A stretch of DNA of 64,000 bases from Schmidtea polychroa. Lineage: Eukaryota. The position numbers were made by a program, and so were the translations under genes. The notes under the pieces were generated by a model that saw only the letters and a program-made list of their open reading frames with translations, searched no databases and was not told the DNA's origin. The stretch is taken from the NCBI GenBank assembly GCA_044892525.1, contig CM097885.1, forward strand, positions 21,826,001-21,890,000, given 5' to 3'. Positions 1 to 13,578 of this stretch are shown here, piece after piece (positions within the stretch are counted from its first letter, which is position 1; each line of letters begins with the position of its first letter).

Positions 1-1702
1 GCTGTCCCATCACAACCTATTGCTTTTATGCCACTCGTGTCAACATTTCTTTTATTCAAATATGCAATCAACTCAGCCGTGATAACTTTGCTTGACCCTG
101 CAGTTGGTGTAATGTGACCGAAATATGTAGCTCCTGGTTCGGCTATAATCGATATATGTTCTTCAGTTATTATTTTCCGATGAAATTTACCATCGCATTC
201 TTTAATTTGGGTCATTGTATTGTCTTTTCTGCCGTCAAAATATAACCCAGTGATTGTGTTACTGACTTCGGCACATAATGCGCCACGCTTATTACAACGT
301 TCTCGACGCACTTTACTTCTGTCAATCACTTTAGAAACATCATGTTCGTGGATTATTCCAACATCTTGAAGAACAGCACTGGCGATTCCTGCTGCCGCCC
401 TGTCGGATACGCCATGTCGATCACACGCTAAAGCCAACGACGGTAGCTTAACTCTCATCTGCTTGTCATTCAATTTTCGCTGTTGTTTAATTTGGCTTAT
501 ACAATCGTCATCAGAGTCATCATCGCCGGTATCCATTTCCTCTTCCATTCCAGAAATCTCGTCACAGACATCCGACTGTTTATCACCGATGTCATCAATG
601 GCAGATTTGGTACACATCTGCCTCTGTGTCGACTCTTTACGGATATACCGCTTTTGTAATCTACTGGATTCAACCTCATCAACTCCAGCTATGATCATAC
701 TGCGTGAACCCCGCTGATCTTCTAGAAAGTCACGTTCAATTGTGGGTATCTTTCTTGACTTCTCACAGTGACACTGAGACATACAAGAGCACTTGCAGGA
801 GCAAATGTCAAAGAGTTTAATCGATTCATCTTTAAACTGCGATATTTTCTCTCTGTATGGTTCTGAGTCCTTCCTAGATTTATACGGCTTCAGCAATTTC
901 ATGAACGTCTTGTGGTACACGTTCAACATTTCATGAACACGGCGGTAGCTTACATGTGGTATGGAAGCTTTGTCCCATATTTGTTCTACTTTCATTGACA
1001 CTGTTTCTGCCACGTTGCGATGTGAAGGATCTTTATTGTTCAATTCGCATTTCAGTCTCTGCTTTGTCAGGTTGTAGAATTTCATAACATCTGCATAAGT
1101 CGGTAGTTGATTGTCGGGCATCTCGGATGGACCACCAAAGATGACACAAGACACTTTCTTTCTGGTTACAGCCATTGCAACTCTAAAAAGGAAAACCAGA
1201 GGCATTTTAAATCCATATTATTTAAATGCCATCAATGACTTCAATAATATGTTATAATATTACCTCTTATAATGAAGTATCGTAGTGGAGTAATTATTTA
1301 TCACTAACAATACTACATACAGCGATTCAAAAAAAATACAATGTTATGCAATATGTATGCAATAATCCGTCTGAATTGACTCTAGAAACAGGAAGTGCAG
1401 CGTGTGAATGCGTAGAAAAGTGAACTAATAATGATCTTTTAGTTAACAGTAAGTAACGATAACGTATTAGTGGAAGCAAAAAGTTGCCAATTCCTTGTAA
1501 TGAAAAGAACACCGGATAGCAAATACATTATCGTTTTCTTATCAATGGTTACATTTTAAAGTTGGTTGTGGAACCTCAAGACATTATTTAAATTATTGTT
1601 TTTCTTTACAGAGTACTTCATTTGACCTCATAGCAAGTTTTTATAACTATCCAAAGTCTACTAAGTCAAAAAATTTTTTTTCGGTCATTTTCACTCCACC
1701 CT
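1..1702 (-). mobile_element. DNA transposon, probably hAT/hATm-like; 5' part, transposase runs off the window start
   Basis: A minus-strand frame from ~1180 towards position 1 reads QLPTYADVMKF...IWDKASIP...LFDICSCKC...FLEDQRGSR...GLYFDGRKD...EEHI...AIGCDG. A putative terminus TAGGGTGGAGTG (reverse complement) lies at ~1702. The family assignment is from motif recall only. Confidence 0.6.
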
Positions 1703-3949
1703 ATTAATCTAGGTCACATCGTTATCTAGTGATATATGTGAAGCGATAGCCTGAGTACAATCGTCTCAGACCAGTTGCTATCCATTCGTCATTATCTCAT
1801 AGAGAGGAAAGATTATTATCAATATGGCATATTGTCGAGTATGTCGCTGAAGATATTTACCTGAGGATTTACTCATGCCTCTCATGTGAATGTTCTCCAT
1901 GCCGGGGTGTTATATGTATGCGTTATGTGAACTCTCGTATGTTTGCCGTATCAATGTGAATTTGCGTGTGGTTGTTTATCACTTGAAATGAATTTTGGAT
2001 TTTATCGCACTTGCTGCTAATTCCATCAACATCCCGCTACTCATATGTTATCCGATACTCATTGTGCGGTGGATTATGTAGATTTCCTCTTGCTACTGCT
2101 GATGTTTCTCAATATGAAGTTAAACTCAAAAATTGGACTTTTAGTGGAATTCCCGACGATCAATAAGAAGATAATGAAGAAAACTACATTCGACCCCTCT
2201 CGGTACTACACTGAAAATTTGGATTTTACTCATTGGATTCGTGAATTTCGCAATTAGGTCTTAGACATCGTCTGCTCGATCTATGGGAAAGGTATGGCCT
2301 TGAACTAGTTTTCTGTTTGTAATAAATAAATTTTTGTTGAATTGAATTTAGAAATACTTCGTAATTTTGTAATTTTTTGGAATTATTTAATTCTTGGGAT
2401 TCACTACCATATATACTCTCGACCGATTTATCAAAATTAATTGTGTGCGAAAAAATACGATAGACTACATTCATAGAATTCTAGAAGTTGAAAGTCGCAG
2501 GACCCATTTTCCATAACCCATGCATTCAGGTGATGTAGGTTATAAAATGACACCAATTTTTTGACGAATTTACTGAATAAATGTGTGACGTTTTTCTGAT
2601 AACTAAGATGTTATAAGGTTCAAGAAAACGAGCCGATGAGCTAATAGGGTGACATCCTCAATCACTGTGCGAATTGTCAAAACTGCATTCATTTATACAT
2701 CTGTCCTTTCAATCACTGTCTGACTACGGTTTTCCTAGAGCAATTTTTCCATAGAATTTAGTCGCACCTTCAGCGATTGGACCCGTGAAGAAGCCTTCAC
2801 ATTTCGGCCCAATCTAGCTGCGTGATTGAAATACTCCAGGTCCACCGGCTGAGCTCCCGAAGGCACCTCATACCATGACATGGAGTATCTCAACTCCACG
2901 TTTCTCGAAAATATTTAGATTCATAACCTCATCGCTCATAAAATATTTGTTCATAATAAAGAAAAACGTAAAAACTTCTAAATAAATTCGTTTATTTCTG
3001 CCATTAAAATTACCATCAAAGTTACTAAATATTAATACGGCAATCAAATGAAGAGAGTAAAAATCATATCAAGGTTTTTAATTAATATAATTCATTCTAA
3101 TTTCTTTTAACTTAAAAATAGATATAATAAAAATAGAGAACTCCTTACTCTTGTGATCGAGGTTGAGGCTGAGTCAAAATTGCGTTGATTTTAGCTTTCA
3201 AACTAGTCCGTCTAAATTGGTTGTGAAATTTAGTTATCCTTGTTTTGCTGTGTCCTCGAATAGTTGAATTAATTTGCTGAAGTGTTCTGGCTCTTGAATA
3301 TGTTTACCTATAACAGTTGTTGAATGAATGGTCATCTTAAAAATTTCACTTACCTATAACAGTTGTTGAATGAATGGTAATCTTAATGATTTTTGTACTG
3401 GTTTATATAGTGATTTTTTATTTACGCGGACCAATCAGAATTGAGTACCGCCTTATTTTATTAATTTAATTTATTTTTCTTGTTTTTGAGTTATTTTTTC
3501 CTTATTTTTCTTTATTTTTAATATGTTTTCCATTTATTTCCTTAATTTCCTTATTATTTCTTGAATTCCTCTTTATTTGTTTGTCACTTGTTGTTCTATT
3601 TTAATCTTTTCTTAGTTTTATTTTTTGTTTTAATTCTTATGTCTTAATTGTTATTTTCCTTATATCTTATTCTATTTTATTTCTGATTTTATTTATTTTA
3701 TTTTTATTTTTCTTAATGTTCTACTTCCCTATTTTTTGACGATTAAATTTTCGACTCAGCCCAACATTATTTACCATTTATTATTTATTTACCTATTCCT
3801 TATTTATTGCTATTTATAATTAATACTTATTTTAATTAATATTCAATTACTAATTATGGATATGCTCTATTTATAGTGTTTATTTTTATACAGTTGTTAT
3901 GCTATTATTATTGTATGCCTTTGCACGCCCCAAACGAGCCCAGACCCAA

Positions 3950-5170
3950 CCCTAACAACATGTGATAAACTTGAATACACACTGATTATAAAAATATTAT
4001 CGCGATTAAAAATTTCGAAACTCCAAAATGTGTTAAAAAATGACAAAGTTTCCTTGGATTAACCAATTATAATCGTCGATTTATAAAAAATTATATTATG
4101 TATTCAAAATCCCTTGAAAAGTTGATCGGTGTAAATCAGACAAAATTTATGTGGACAAATGAATGCGAAGAGGCCTTTCAAGAAAAAAACGAAAGCATTA
4201 GTAAAAGCTCCCATTCTTGTATTCCCTGACTTTTCAAAGGAATTTATTTTGGACACCGATGCCAGTTTCGATAGAATTGGAGCAGAAAATAGCAAAGAAA
4301 GAGTAAAAGCATATGGTTTGCCCGTAATGACCAACACAAGGAAGACTTTTTTATCACTTGAAAAGAATTTTTAGTCGTAATTTATTTTACTGAACATTTC
4401 AAACATTATTTATATGATCAAAGATTTAAACTGAGGACAGTTCTTAAGGCAATAACTTTTATTTTGAAGACCAAGAAGCCAAACACACCTTCTTTTCAAA
4501 CATGGATCAACCAATTAAGTGGTCTGAACACTGAAATAAAATACCGTTACAATATGAAATGCATTCTAATACAGAAACGCTATTGAGAACTGGATGCGAT
4601 ACGCGCATACAATGTCAACCGATTCACTAGGAACCATAAACAGGAAAAATAAAAACACAAATTCTAGCAATTAATTGTCAAGAAGATGGAAATCTGTGTT
4701 AACAAGATTCTAACGAAATAGTAAATAATAAAAGAAGGATAGAAACAAAATTTATTAAAAAGTAATGGCATTATTCATTCAAGTAAAGGTACAATATGGA
4801 TTTCAGACGAAAGAAAAAAAGAATTTGTTTTGTACATAAATTTGTGTCATGCTGAAGTAAATAAAGTCCATGAAGTAGTCGGGTCGTGCGAAAATTGTCA
4901 AAAAAGAAAGGTTATGATTACATAAACAGCAAAGAAACCTGCTAGGAATGGAAAGAAGTATATTTTGACAATTATAGACCAATTTAGTAATTATATTTCT
5001 TTATGTGCAGTTTCTAAGCAAGATGAAAAGACAGTTGCAGCAATGATTAAAGAAAATGGATTTGGAAATTTGGTACTCCGATTTGGTACTCATTGTGATA
5101 GAGAAAAGCATTCAAGTCATCTTTATTAAAAGAATTTGTAGAGTAGCATTTGCTTATAGTGAATAAATAT
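3950..5170 (+). pseudogene. Degenerate Ty3/Gypsy pol remnant (RT connection/RNase H, integrase fragments)
   Basis: ORF 4159-4374 has ALVKAPILVFPDFSKEFILDTDAS. Downstream fragments (KKYILTIIDQFS, KWIWKFGTP) are broken by stops and frameshifts. Confidence 0.75.
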
Positions 5171-5176
5171 TTTATT

Positions 5177-5440
5177 GAATTACATATTGTCAATTCATTT
5201 CCAATACCCTTTTCGCCATCCTTTTGGTAGTACCATGATTCCACGCTCATAAAATTTTGTTCTTTACTGGTAACAAACTGATCCAGGTGATTTTTGACCT
5301 CATTTGAAGTCAAGGTTTTACAGTCTAAAATATTTTGTAGGACCGGAACAAATAATAATCAAAAGGTAATAGGTCTGGAGAATATGGTGGGTGTGGCAGT
5401 ATCATCCATCCAAGCTGTAAAAGCTTTTGGTGAGTTACCA
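5177..5440 (-). pseudogene. Mariner transposase C-terminal remnant
   Basis: LLQLGWMILPHPPYSPDLLPFDYYLFRS contains the mariner YSPDL motif; the frame shifts afterwards. Confidence 0.8.
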
Positions 5441-5667
5441 AACTTGTATGAGGTCTCGAATTGCCTTTGTGGAACACTTCACTTTCTCTATTGATCGATT
5501 CTGGGCTTTTTTGTTTAAGTGAATCAATTATTTTGTCGAGCTGATGACAGTACACTTCAGGTGTTTTCCGGTAGAAGCAAAAAAATGATTCCTTTGAAAT
5601 CCCACCATACAAATTGAATCTTGTTTTCAAAAAGAATGGAAAATCTAATTATATGTTTAACCATTTA

Positions 5668-7792
5668 CCGTAATTTCCGGGTAATAAGTCGCTCCTGTGT
5701 ATAAGTCGCAATTGTAAAAAATGGCAAAAATTTTGGAAAAATTAATATATAAGTCGCTCCGTTATTTAAGTCGCACTTATACAGTAATAAGCATGCCTCT
5801 GCGGAAATGTTTACTTTGTTCGGTGGTGGTCGCCAAGTTTAATTAAAGACACTAAAGAGAAGAGGTGAGAACAAAAATCATTTAGCGCAACTATTTAATA
5901 ACGTGGAATATTTCTTTTTAATTTATAGAGAAATTATTTATATCAATAAAACGAAATGCCTAAGTTATAAATGTCGATTAATGAAGTTAAATTTATCAAT
6001 AAAAATCAGAGTCTGTAAATCCATTTAATCCATTAAAGCCTTCATCTTCAGTATCGCTTTCAAATAATTGAGCAATTTCATCTGGTACAGTCAGTTCATA
6101 GTTGTCATCATCATCATCGCTATCAGAGTCGTCGTTGTCATCATTGTCTGCCAGTAAGATTTCCGCTTTCTTGAATCCACTGGTGATAATCGTCGGATTC
6201 AATTTATCCCATGCCTCGACCACCCATTTGGCCACTTCCGCAAATTTGGCATGACGCATGCGACCTGTTGCCGTAAAGCTATGTTCACCGCTGGTCATCC
6301 ATCTTTCCCACAAACGACGCAGATGGACCTTGAAACTTCGGTTGACAGAAATATCCAGAGGCTGTAGCACCTTCGTCAGACCACCTGGTATAATGACAGG
6401 AATCGAGTTGTTGCCTTTAACTTTCGTTTTTATGTTCTCTGTGATGTGAGCTCGCATACTGTCCATTACGATCAATGCCTTTTTAGTTTTGAAGAATCCG
6501 TCAGGCCTCTTTTTGAAACATCTCTCCAACCATATGTTCATCATTTTTTCATCCATCCATCCCTTTGCGTTGGTTTGAATGATCACGTTGTTGGGAAATG
6601 CCTCTTTTGGCATGGTTTTCCTTTTGAAGATTATCATTGGAGGAAGCTTCCTTCCATCACCACAGCATGACAGCACGACCGTAAAGTGCGATTTCTCGTG
6701 GCCAGTTGTTCTTATGTTGATTGTTTTCTCACCTTTGTTATTGAGAGTTCGGCCCAGAGGAATATCGAAGGTGAGTGGAACTTCATCCATGTTGATAATA
6801 TGATCTGGAATGATTTCATATTTCGCGACTTTTGAATAAATGAATTCACGAAAATTCCGGATTTTTTCGATGTAGTCAGCAGGCAGTTGTTGACACATGG
6901 TCGTTCTTGATCTGATGCAGAGCTGCTGGCGCTTTATGAAACGAAAACACCAAGATGGTCCACCAATGAATTCAGCAATTCCCAGATCATTCGCTATTTC
7001 TTTGGCCTTAAGACGAACTTGGACGGTTGATATTCCGCGACCTTGAGCTCGCTGCTCCACAATAAACTTAGAAAGCTGATTTTCCAGTCCTGGCCATCTT
7101 GCTTTATGACCTCGATTCGCCCGCTTGGTTCTTTTTGTCAGCAACAGCGCATCTTTTGATTTTCGCCAGTCTCGAACTAGTTTTTCACTAATATTAAATC
7201 GCCGCTCAGTCGCTCGATTGCCGTTTTCCTCAGAAAATTTGATAGTTTGCAGCTTAAACTCGGCAGTGTACGATTTCCTTGTTTTGTTGGAACTCATTTT
7301 GCACTAAACTTTCGGTATATTTTAATTTGAAAAATTAAATTGTTTTGACAGGAAATCTATTACAGCGGTCTTATATACACTGCCATCTGGTGATTAAAGA
7401 TGACATTTGTTTGATGGGCTCTCAAATTTCGGATCCAGGGTCCGAAATGACCAATCAGATCGGCAGTTAAACTGACACGCCAACATGGCGGCAGTTCGCC
7501 TAGCCTAGACATCCTGTAAGCTTGGTTTACGAAATAGGCTATATGGCGTCTTAGATATATTATAATGATGGTGATGGTTTGTGATTGTATCATATTACAA
7601 AAAGGGCCTTTGATAACCACGGCATCAATTATCAGTTCATCAAAGACAGAACAGTCACAAATTGTTGATTACATTTAGATTTATTATAGAAACGGCACGT
7701 GATTAAACTTATTATATAAGTCGCTCTTTTATTTAAGTCGCAGCACCGTCAGCGTCTGAAAAAAACCGCGACTTATAGACCGTAAATTACGG
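5668..7792 (-). mobile_element. Full-length pogo-superfamily DNA transposon
   Basis: Imperfect TIRs CCGTAATTTCCGGGTAATAAGTCGC (5668) and GCGACTTATAGACCGTAAATTACGG (ends 7792), TA on both sides, and subterminal TAAGTCGC repeats. Confidence 0.9.
5996..7297 (-). CDS. pogo transposase, 433 aa, intact (Brinker-like HTH, CENP-B-type HTH, DDE_1 domain, acidic tail)
   Basis: RKSYTAEFKL N-terminus, SWCFRFIKR, and catalytic motifs NMDEVP, VMDS, LQPLD. Confidence 0.92.
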   Translation of the reverse strand: MSSNKTRKSYTAEFKLQTIKFSEENGNRATERRFNISEKLVRDWRKSKDALLLTKRTKRANRGHKARWPGLENQLSKFIVEQRAQGRGISTVQVRLKAKEIANDLGIAEFIGGPSWCFRFIKRQQLCIRSRTTMCQQLPADYIEKIRNFREFIYSKVAKYEIIPDHIINMDEVPLTFDIPLGRTLNNKGEKTINIRTTGHEKSHFTVVLSCCGDGRKLPPMIIFKRKTMPKEAFPNNVIIQTNAKGWMDEKMMNIWLERCFKKRPDGFFKTKKALIVMDSMRAHITENIKTKVKGNNSIPVIIPGGLTKVLQPLDISVNRSFKVHLRRLWERWMTSGEHSFTATGRMRHAKFAEVAKWVVEAWDKLNPTIITSGFKKAEILLADNDDNDDSDSDDDDDNYELTVPDEIAQLFESDTEDEGFNGLNGFTDSDFY

Positions 7793-8059
7793 TATATATA
7801 TTTCTAATGTCTATCAATCATGATTTGATCTTTTTACTAATAGCATCTCGATTTTCTATTGAAAAAAAACTTAATTTTACTGCATCATCTTTCTTAATTT
7901 CACCTTAGTCAAACTGTGAATTTATTCTCAAAATCATGATGATTAATTACGTAAACTTATTTTAATTAATTTTCTATTTACCTCTTGAGTTTCTTTGTTG
8001 ATATATTGATTTTTACATTCACAATTCATTTAATAAAATTTTAATTAATTATTACAATC

Positions 8060-8252
8060 TTATCCGTTTGTGGACGGTAGGCCAGCACTGCTGGCCAAGA
8101 ATTTTGTTCCAGACGTTCTACAATGTTTAATGTTCAGTTGTGCTGGCCAAACTTTAAAAAAATCATACCACGATATCGGGCATTCGTATAGTAAAAAATT
8201 ATGCTAAAATATATACTACTTAGTAGAATTAATTCCGTCCGCAAACGGTTAA
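8060..8252. mobile_element. Short MITE with TTAA-like flanks; a related copy lies at ~51252-51386 in the opposite orientation
   Basis: Inverted termini CCGTTTGTGGACGG and CCGTCCGCAAACGG followed by TTAA; internal sequence is shared with the 51.3-kb copy. Confidence 0.6.
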
Positions 8253-8512
8253 CAGGAGTTCAGGAAAATCTTCAGTTTTTCCTCTGACAGTTCTGAACTC
8301 ACTGCAATAGAAAACACTCGAAAATTTATAAGAAAATACAAACGCAAATAAAAACCATATTTTCAAAAATATAAATTTCAAATAAAAAAATAAGTGTACA
8401 GATCAAAGCAATTATACTGCAAACATAATTGATAAAAACAATAAAAATTCGTCTGCTTAATATTCAATTTAAACATAGTGAAAAAGAATGTATGGGAAAA
8501 GAAGTGAATGAA

Positions 8513-11500
8513 TTAAAAACTTGTTTCACCTTCTTCAGTTTCTAAATCTGAATCGACAGAGGCGTTTATTCCCGCTTTACCCATTTGAAGTCTCTGATAA
8601 TCTTCAATTATATTTAAAATATTTATTTCCGCTTCATGAAATTCATCTTCTTCCATTCCTTCTTCTAAAAACCAATGCAAATATGCTCGTCTTTTATACA
8701 TGTAAGAAAAGTCTTCTTGGATTTTCACGAAACTGTTATGAATTGCCGTGGTATTGCCAACAAATGTGATGGCTTTTCTAAACCCTGCGGGGGGAATGTC
8801 GCATAAAATTGTTTTCATATTATTCGGAACCCATTCAGCAAAATATGCACTGTTTTTATTTTGAAACTGTACCACTTCACCGTCAATATCTCGAATTGAA
8901 AATTTGCCTCGGAATATTGCTGCAGCTGTTAAAAATCGCCCTCTTCTTGGGTCGCAAACTGTCATTTGATTCTGGCAATTAAAAGCATCCTCGACGATTT
9001 CATGAATTGAATATGTTTTGTAAGTTTTATTAAATCGTGAACAGAGTGGAGCATGTGAAGTAACGAAGAAATGGAATCTGGGAAATGGAACAAGATTTGT
9101 CGCTAATTTTCTTAAATCGGCATTCAATTGGCCGGTAAATCGAATGCTTGTTGTAACTCCCGACATTGCATTACTTATTAAATGATTATAATCCGCATAT
9201 AAAGGATGCTCAAGCTTCAAGATCTTATCACAAATGTTATACAATGCTTCGTTGTCCATTATGTAAGTTCCGTGGCACATAGATATTAAATTATTGCAGG
9301 TCAAAAGTGTATTATAAGGTTCAACAACTGCATCAGATATCTTAAATTAAAATTAGAAGTGGAAATATTTATATTTTAATTATAATTAAATTATTAATAT
9401 TGAAAACTAATTAATTATAATTGACGCGGTAACCAATGCCAGATTTAGTTATAGGCGACATAGGTGGTTGCTTAGAGCAGCAAGTAGGTAGTTAGTAGCC
9501 CCGGCAGCATCACTATCTGGGGTACCCCTAAAAAATTTTTTTGATTGCTGCCGAGGCTACACTATATTTTTTCACACTATAGTGAGGGTCTCTTTGACCG
9601 TATAGATTTTTGTAAGGTCCCAGGAATTTTTTTTACAATATCCGACTGTCACTAAAAAGCCAAGATTTTTTTAAGGTATATATAATTAAAGTCTATAACA
9701 CATATATATAACATATATAACACATATTTTTCTATAGAATATTTTTAAAATGCGCAAATCTAAATTAAAATCAATCAGTCTTTGAATAAACTTTTTAAAC
9801 TGGTTAATCAATTTGTCAAGACTTAAAATAAATTAATATATTAGATTTAGAATACACTTGTTAGTACTTTGAATAAATGTTCAGATCATTAAGACACATT
9901 AAATAAAATGAATAAAATTATAAGAACATTTTTTCTAATTTCACTACTGATTTTTTTCTATTAAGTATTTATTACAAAGATATTTATTATCGATGTTCTT
10001 GATGTATTTAATGATTTATAGTCTTCAAGCTTTTTGTAATAAAAAAAATGTTATTTTTGAAATAAAACTGTCGTATAAAATGATCCTTAACTACTTAACC
10101 ACTTAACTAAATATTCAATCATAATACTAAGATAATGAATTTACAATTCTTGAATCTGATACTTCAGATCATCTTCTTGTACGGATTTCTTGCAACCCAA
10201 CAAGGCACCAACAAATTTACGTAAAATAAAAATTTATCTTAAATAAAAATTAATATCAAAAAACGAAAATTTGAAAATGAAGAGTTTTGAAACTTCAGTG
10301 AAATTAAATATTATCAATTTTATATCTGACTCAAAAGTGTGCATTCTTTAATAAGAATAATGAGCTCTAGGAAATAAACTTTATTGATTAACACAGTTGA
10401 TTACCAATTTACAGCGACACGAAGAATTATCTGTTATACCGACAAATTATTACAACCCTTCTTGAGAAATGTTTTTGGTTTCAATAATCAGTAGATTTTA
10501 TCTAGTTGATTTCTTGGCTTTAACTTGAATTTATACGATAACTTTAACTTCTTAAATCGCTTTTCTTAATAACTTAATAATTCATGTTGAGTTTCGCTTT
10601 AATTTTATTTCTTCATTCTCTACAATTTCGGTTTTCTTCACTTTTCAAATTCTGTATTGTTTTCGTTTCTCTCAACTTCTTACTTCAATTTTCAACTCTG
10701 TTTTAATTCTAGCCATGTTTCCTTTTATATTTTACAATCCAGTGGCACTTATTGATATTGACTTCAATTTCAATATCTCTGCCCTCGTATTTCGTTTTGT
10801 CCTCTCCACTTCTTCTAATATCTCTTATAACTGTCGAGTTATGTAATATTTAAAAAATGCCATCTCCCAGCTTCCCCGATTATATCTTTACCTTATTCCA
10901 ACTTGGCCATCGAGATATACCATATAAATTTTGTTTTCGTTTTATTTCTAATTGTTTACTTTGTACTTTTTGATTAAAAATGACTTCGACTTATTTCATT
11001 ATTTGATTGTTTGACTTTTTCTCATTCTTTGCTACTTTTCTTGTTTTTTCTTTTCTTCTACTCGCTCCTACTTTCCAAAATTGCAAAGCAACGCACCTTT
11101 TCCATCAATCATTTTATTAATTTGATGTCCTCAACATTATTATCCAATATAAATTTAATTAACATTTTGAAAGGCCTTAAGTTACACCCCATTTGCCTGT
11201 AATATGCGATATATTCGTATCGTGCTGTATTGGCTAATCTAATTAAGTCGTATTATATAGAAATCGTGTTATAGAATGGCTGCCGCAATTTTGCACCGCT
11301 TGTTAATATCAAGAAATAATTTATTAATTTATTATTAGGCACTTTAAAGCGTTGTTCAATTCTAACTAACTTTTGGGGATGGAAAAATTGAAAACGTATT
11401 TCTAATTCTGTCTGTATATTCATCAAGTATTTTGTATAAAACCAGAGATCCTAAACCTGAACCAGTTCCACCCCCAACAGCGTGAAGAACTTGAAAACCT

Positions 11501-12008
11501 TGAATACTGTCACAATTTTCGACTTCTTTCCTTATCGCTTCCATTGCACTGTCCAATAAATCTGCACCATCTGTGTAAAATCCACGCGCAAAATTATTTG
11601 AAGCTCCACTGAAACCATTAATAAAATTATCAGGACGAAAAATACTGCCTAAGCTGCTATTGCGTATTTTCTCAAGGACGCTCGGTTCCAAATCTATCAA
11701 AATAGCTCTTGGAACAAATTTGCAGCCTTGACAGGTAATGCTAATTTAATGTTTATTTTCTATAAAAATTAAATTAACATATTGATTCAGAAAAGTTAAC
11801 TGGAATTCCACGAATCTGGAGGTCAGAGTCACCGCGAAAAAACCCTTCATTCGTTAATCCATGCTCACTGGCAATGATCTCCCAGTACTTCCAGCACAAT
11901 TTTCAGTAAATACATTAAAATCGTAATCATTAGTTTAGAAAGAAAATCTACTTTTATTCCCAATTGATTTCCTCCTTGCCCAATTTGGATATGAATAATT
12001 TCTCTCAT
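8513..12008 (-). CDS. TUBB: Divergent beta-tubulin, 4 exons (12008-11952, 11887-11779, 11726-11371, 9340-8513), ~449 aa
   Basis: [11 protein letters not shown] start, [52 protein letters not shown] and an acidic tail. All GT-AG junctions keep frame (1350 nt total). Confidence 0.9.
9483..9680 (+). mobile_element. Terminal fragment related to the Polinton-like element at 57191, inside tubulin intron 3
   Basis: Starts AGTAGGTAGTTAGTAGCCC and contains CACACTATAGTGAGGG and TCCGACT..CACTAAAAAGCCAAG, as in 57191-57860. Confidence 0.65.
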
Positions 12009-12269
12009 TTAAAAATAATTAAAATAAATTTGTTGAGAATAATTTTTAAATCAAATAATACTTTCAAAATTATTGATTGTAAGTAATATAATTTCTAAAA
12101 TACTAAAATGTTGTATTTCAAATTAATTTAAACCGCTTTAATTGTGTCCAGCCCCCGAGTTCAAATAATTTATTGAAATAGGAAATTTTCTGCATAATTA
12201 ATTGAATCTCTTCGTATATAATTTGTACCGAGGTTAAAAGGCTGTTCGCGCAATAATAATCACCTTATA

Positions 12270-12946
12270 CAGGGCCGGATTTACCTATAGGATATCTAGG
12301 CTTCAGTCTGGGGTCTGAAGATCAAGAGGGGATTATATTTAAATTGTAATTAAAATTAAAATTACACTTCTAAAAACAGTGAACACTGAAACACTGGACC
12401 TAAAATAAGGAGAAATTCTACGTATATGACCAATAAATAAACATAAAAATGTATATGTTAAGATCAACGAGTTCGGTTCGTTGATGGCCCGATGTTCATT
12501 TATATTCGTGTTATTTCGGTAATATGAAACATGTGTTAATAAAAAAGATTTTCATTTTAGGATTGAGTACACGATATTTTCATTCTCGCCTTTTGAGTTC
12601 AGTAGTTTCAATACTTTCGTGAAGTGTTTATAAACTATTGAAATGTAACTTACGAACTTAAAAATTGGATGCAAAAGGGCCTCATAAGTGGAATAGTTTA
12701 GGGTAGTATTTCCCAATCGGTGTGTCGCCAGACTAGCAGCTATAGTATTATATTACGGATATTACGCAAAACAGCTTGATTTTATATCTTAATCTAAATG
12801 CGAAAGTATAAAATTTAAATATTCGAAAGTAAACTACATAATTTTTTGTTTAGGGGTGCCATGGAAAAAATTTATTTTTTGGTGTCGTGGGCTAGAAAAG
12901 GTTGGGAATTACTGGCCTAGGGTCTCTTCGTCTAAATCCGGTCCTG
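12270..12946. mobile_element. Non-autonomous hAT-type element with a nested second hAT MITE (~12703-12914)
   Basis: TIRs CAGGGCCGGATTTA and TAAATCCGGTCCTG; 8-bp TSD ACCTTATA at 12262-12269 and 12947-12954. The nested element has TAGTATTTCCCAA...TTGGGAATTACTG ends. Confidence 0.8.
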
Positions 12947-13578
12947 ACCTTATATAAAAATATTTTACTCATTTTTGCTATTAAATTTTCTTGAAAACTA
13001 ATCTCTATTTTCTTCATCCCTCAGCAAATTGAAGCTTCCGATTGGGATATTCCTTTTATACTTCACGCAACTGTTTAATAATTGGCCTGCTATATGAGCA
13101 GGCCCTAGGAGAGGCGGGTCAAAGGGGCCACTGGCCCCAAATCTTCAAAATTTTATTTGAAGAAATTTTTGTGGAAACAAAAATTAATTTTTAAAAATTC
13201 AACAATTTGAAAATGGACTAATGATATAACTTCTTTGCTCTTATATATCAATCTAACATGTTTTAAATAAATGAGATTGATCTAAGATTAGGAATTCGTC
13301 ATTTAAAATTGCTTGATTGCTATTAAAATCCACGAATAAGAGATTTTTAAAAATATTTTTAAAAATATAAGTTTATTAATGATATGATATTGGGGCCCCT
13401 AATTTAAACCCAACTAGCGTGGAATTCGAAAGAATATTTTAAATTTCATTAAAATTTCTCTACTAAAAAAATGAAATGAAACGGCTTGAAATATTTCGAA
13501 TAGCATTGATGAAGACATATTGCAAAATCAGTGCGACAAGATTAAAATTAAATTTTCGGATGACATTTCAACAGACCA

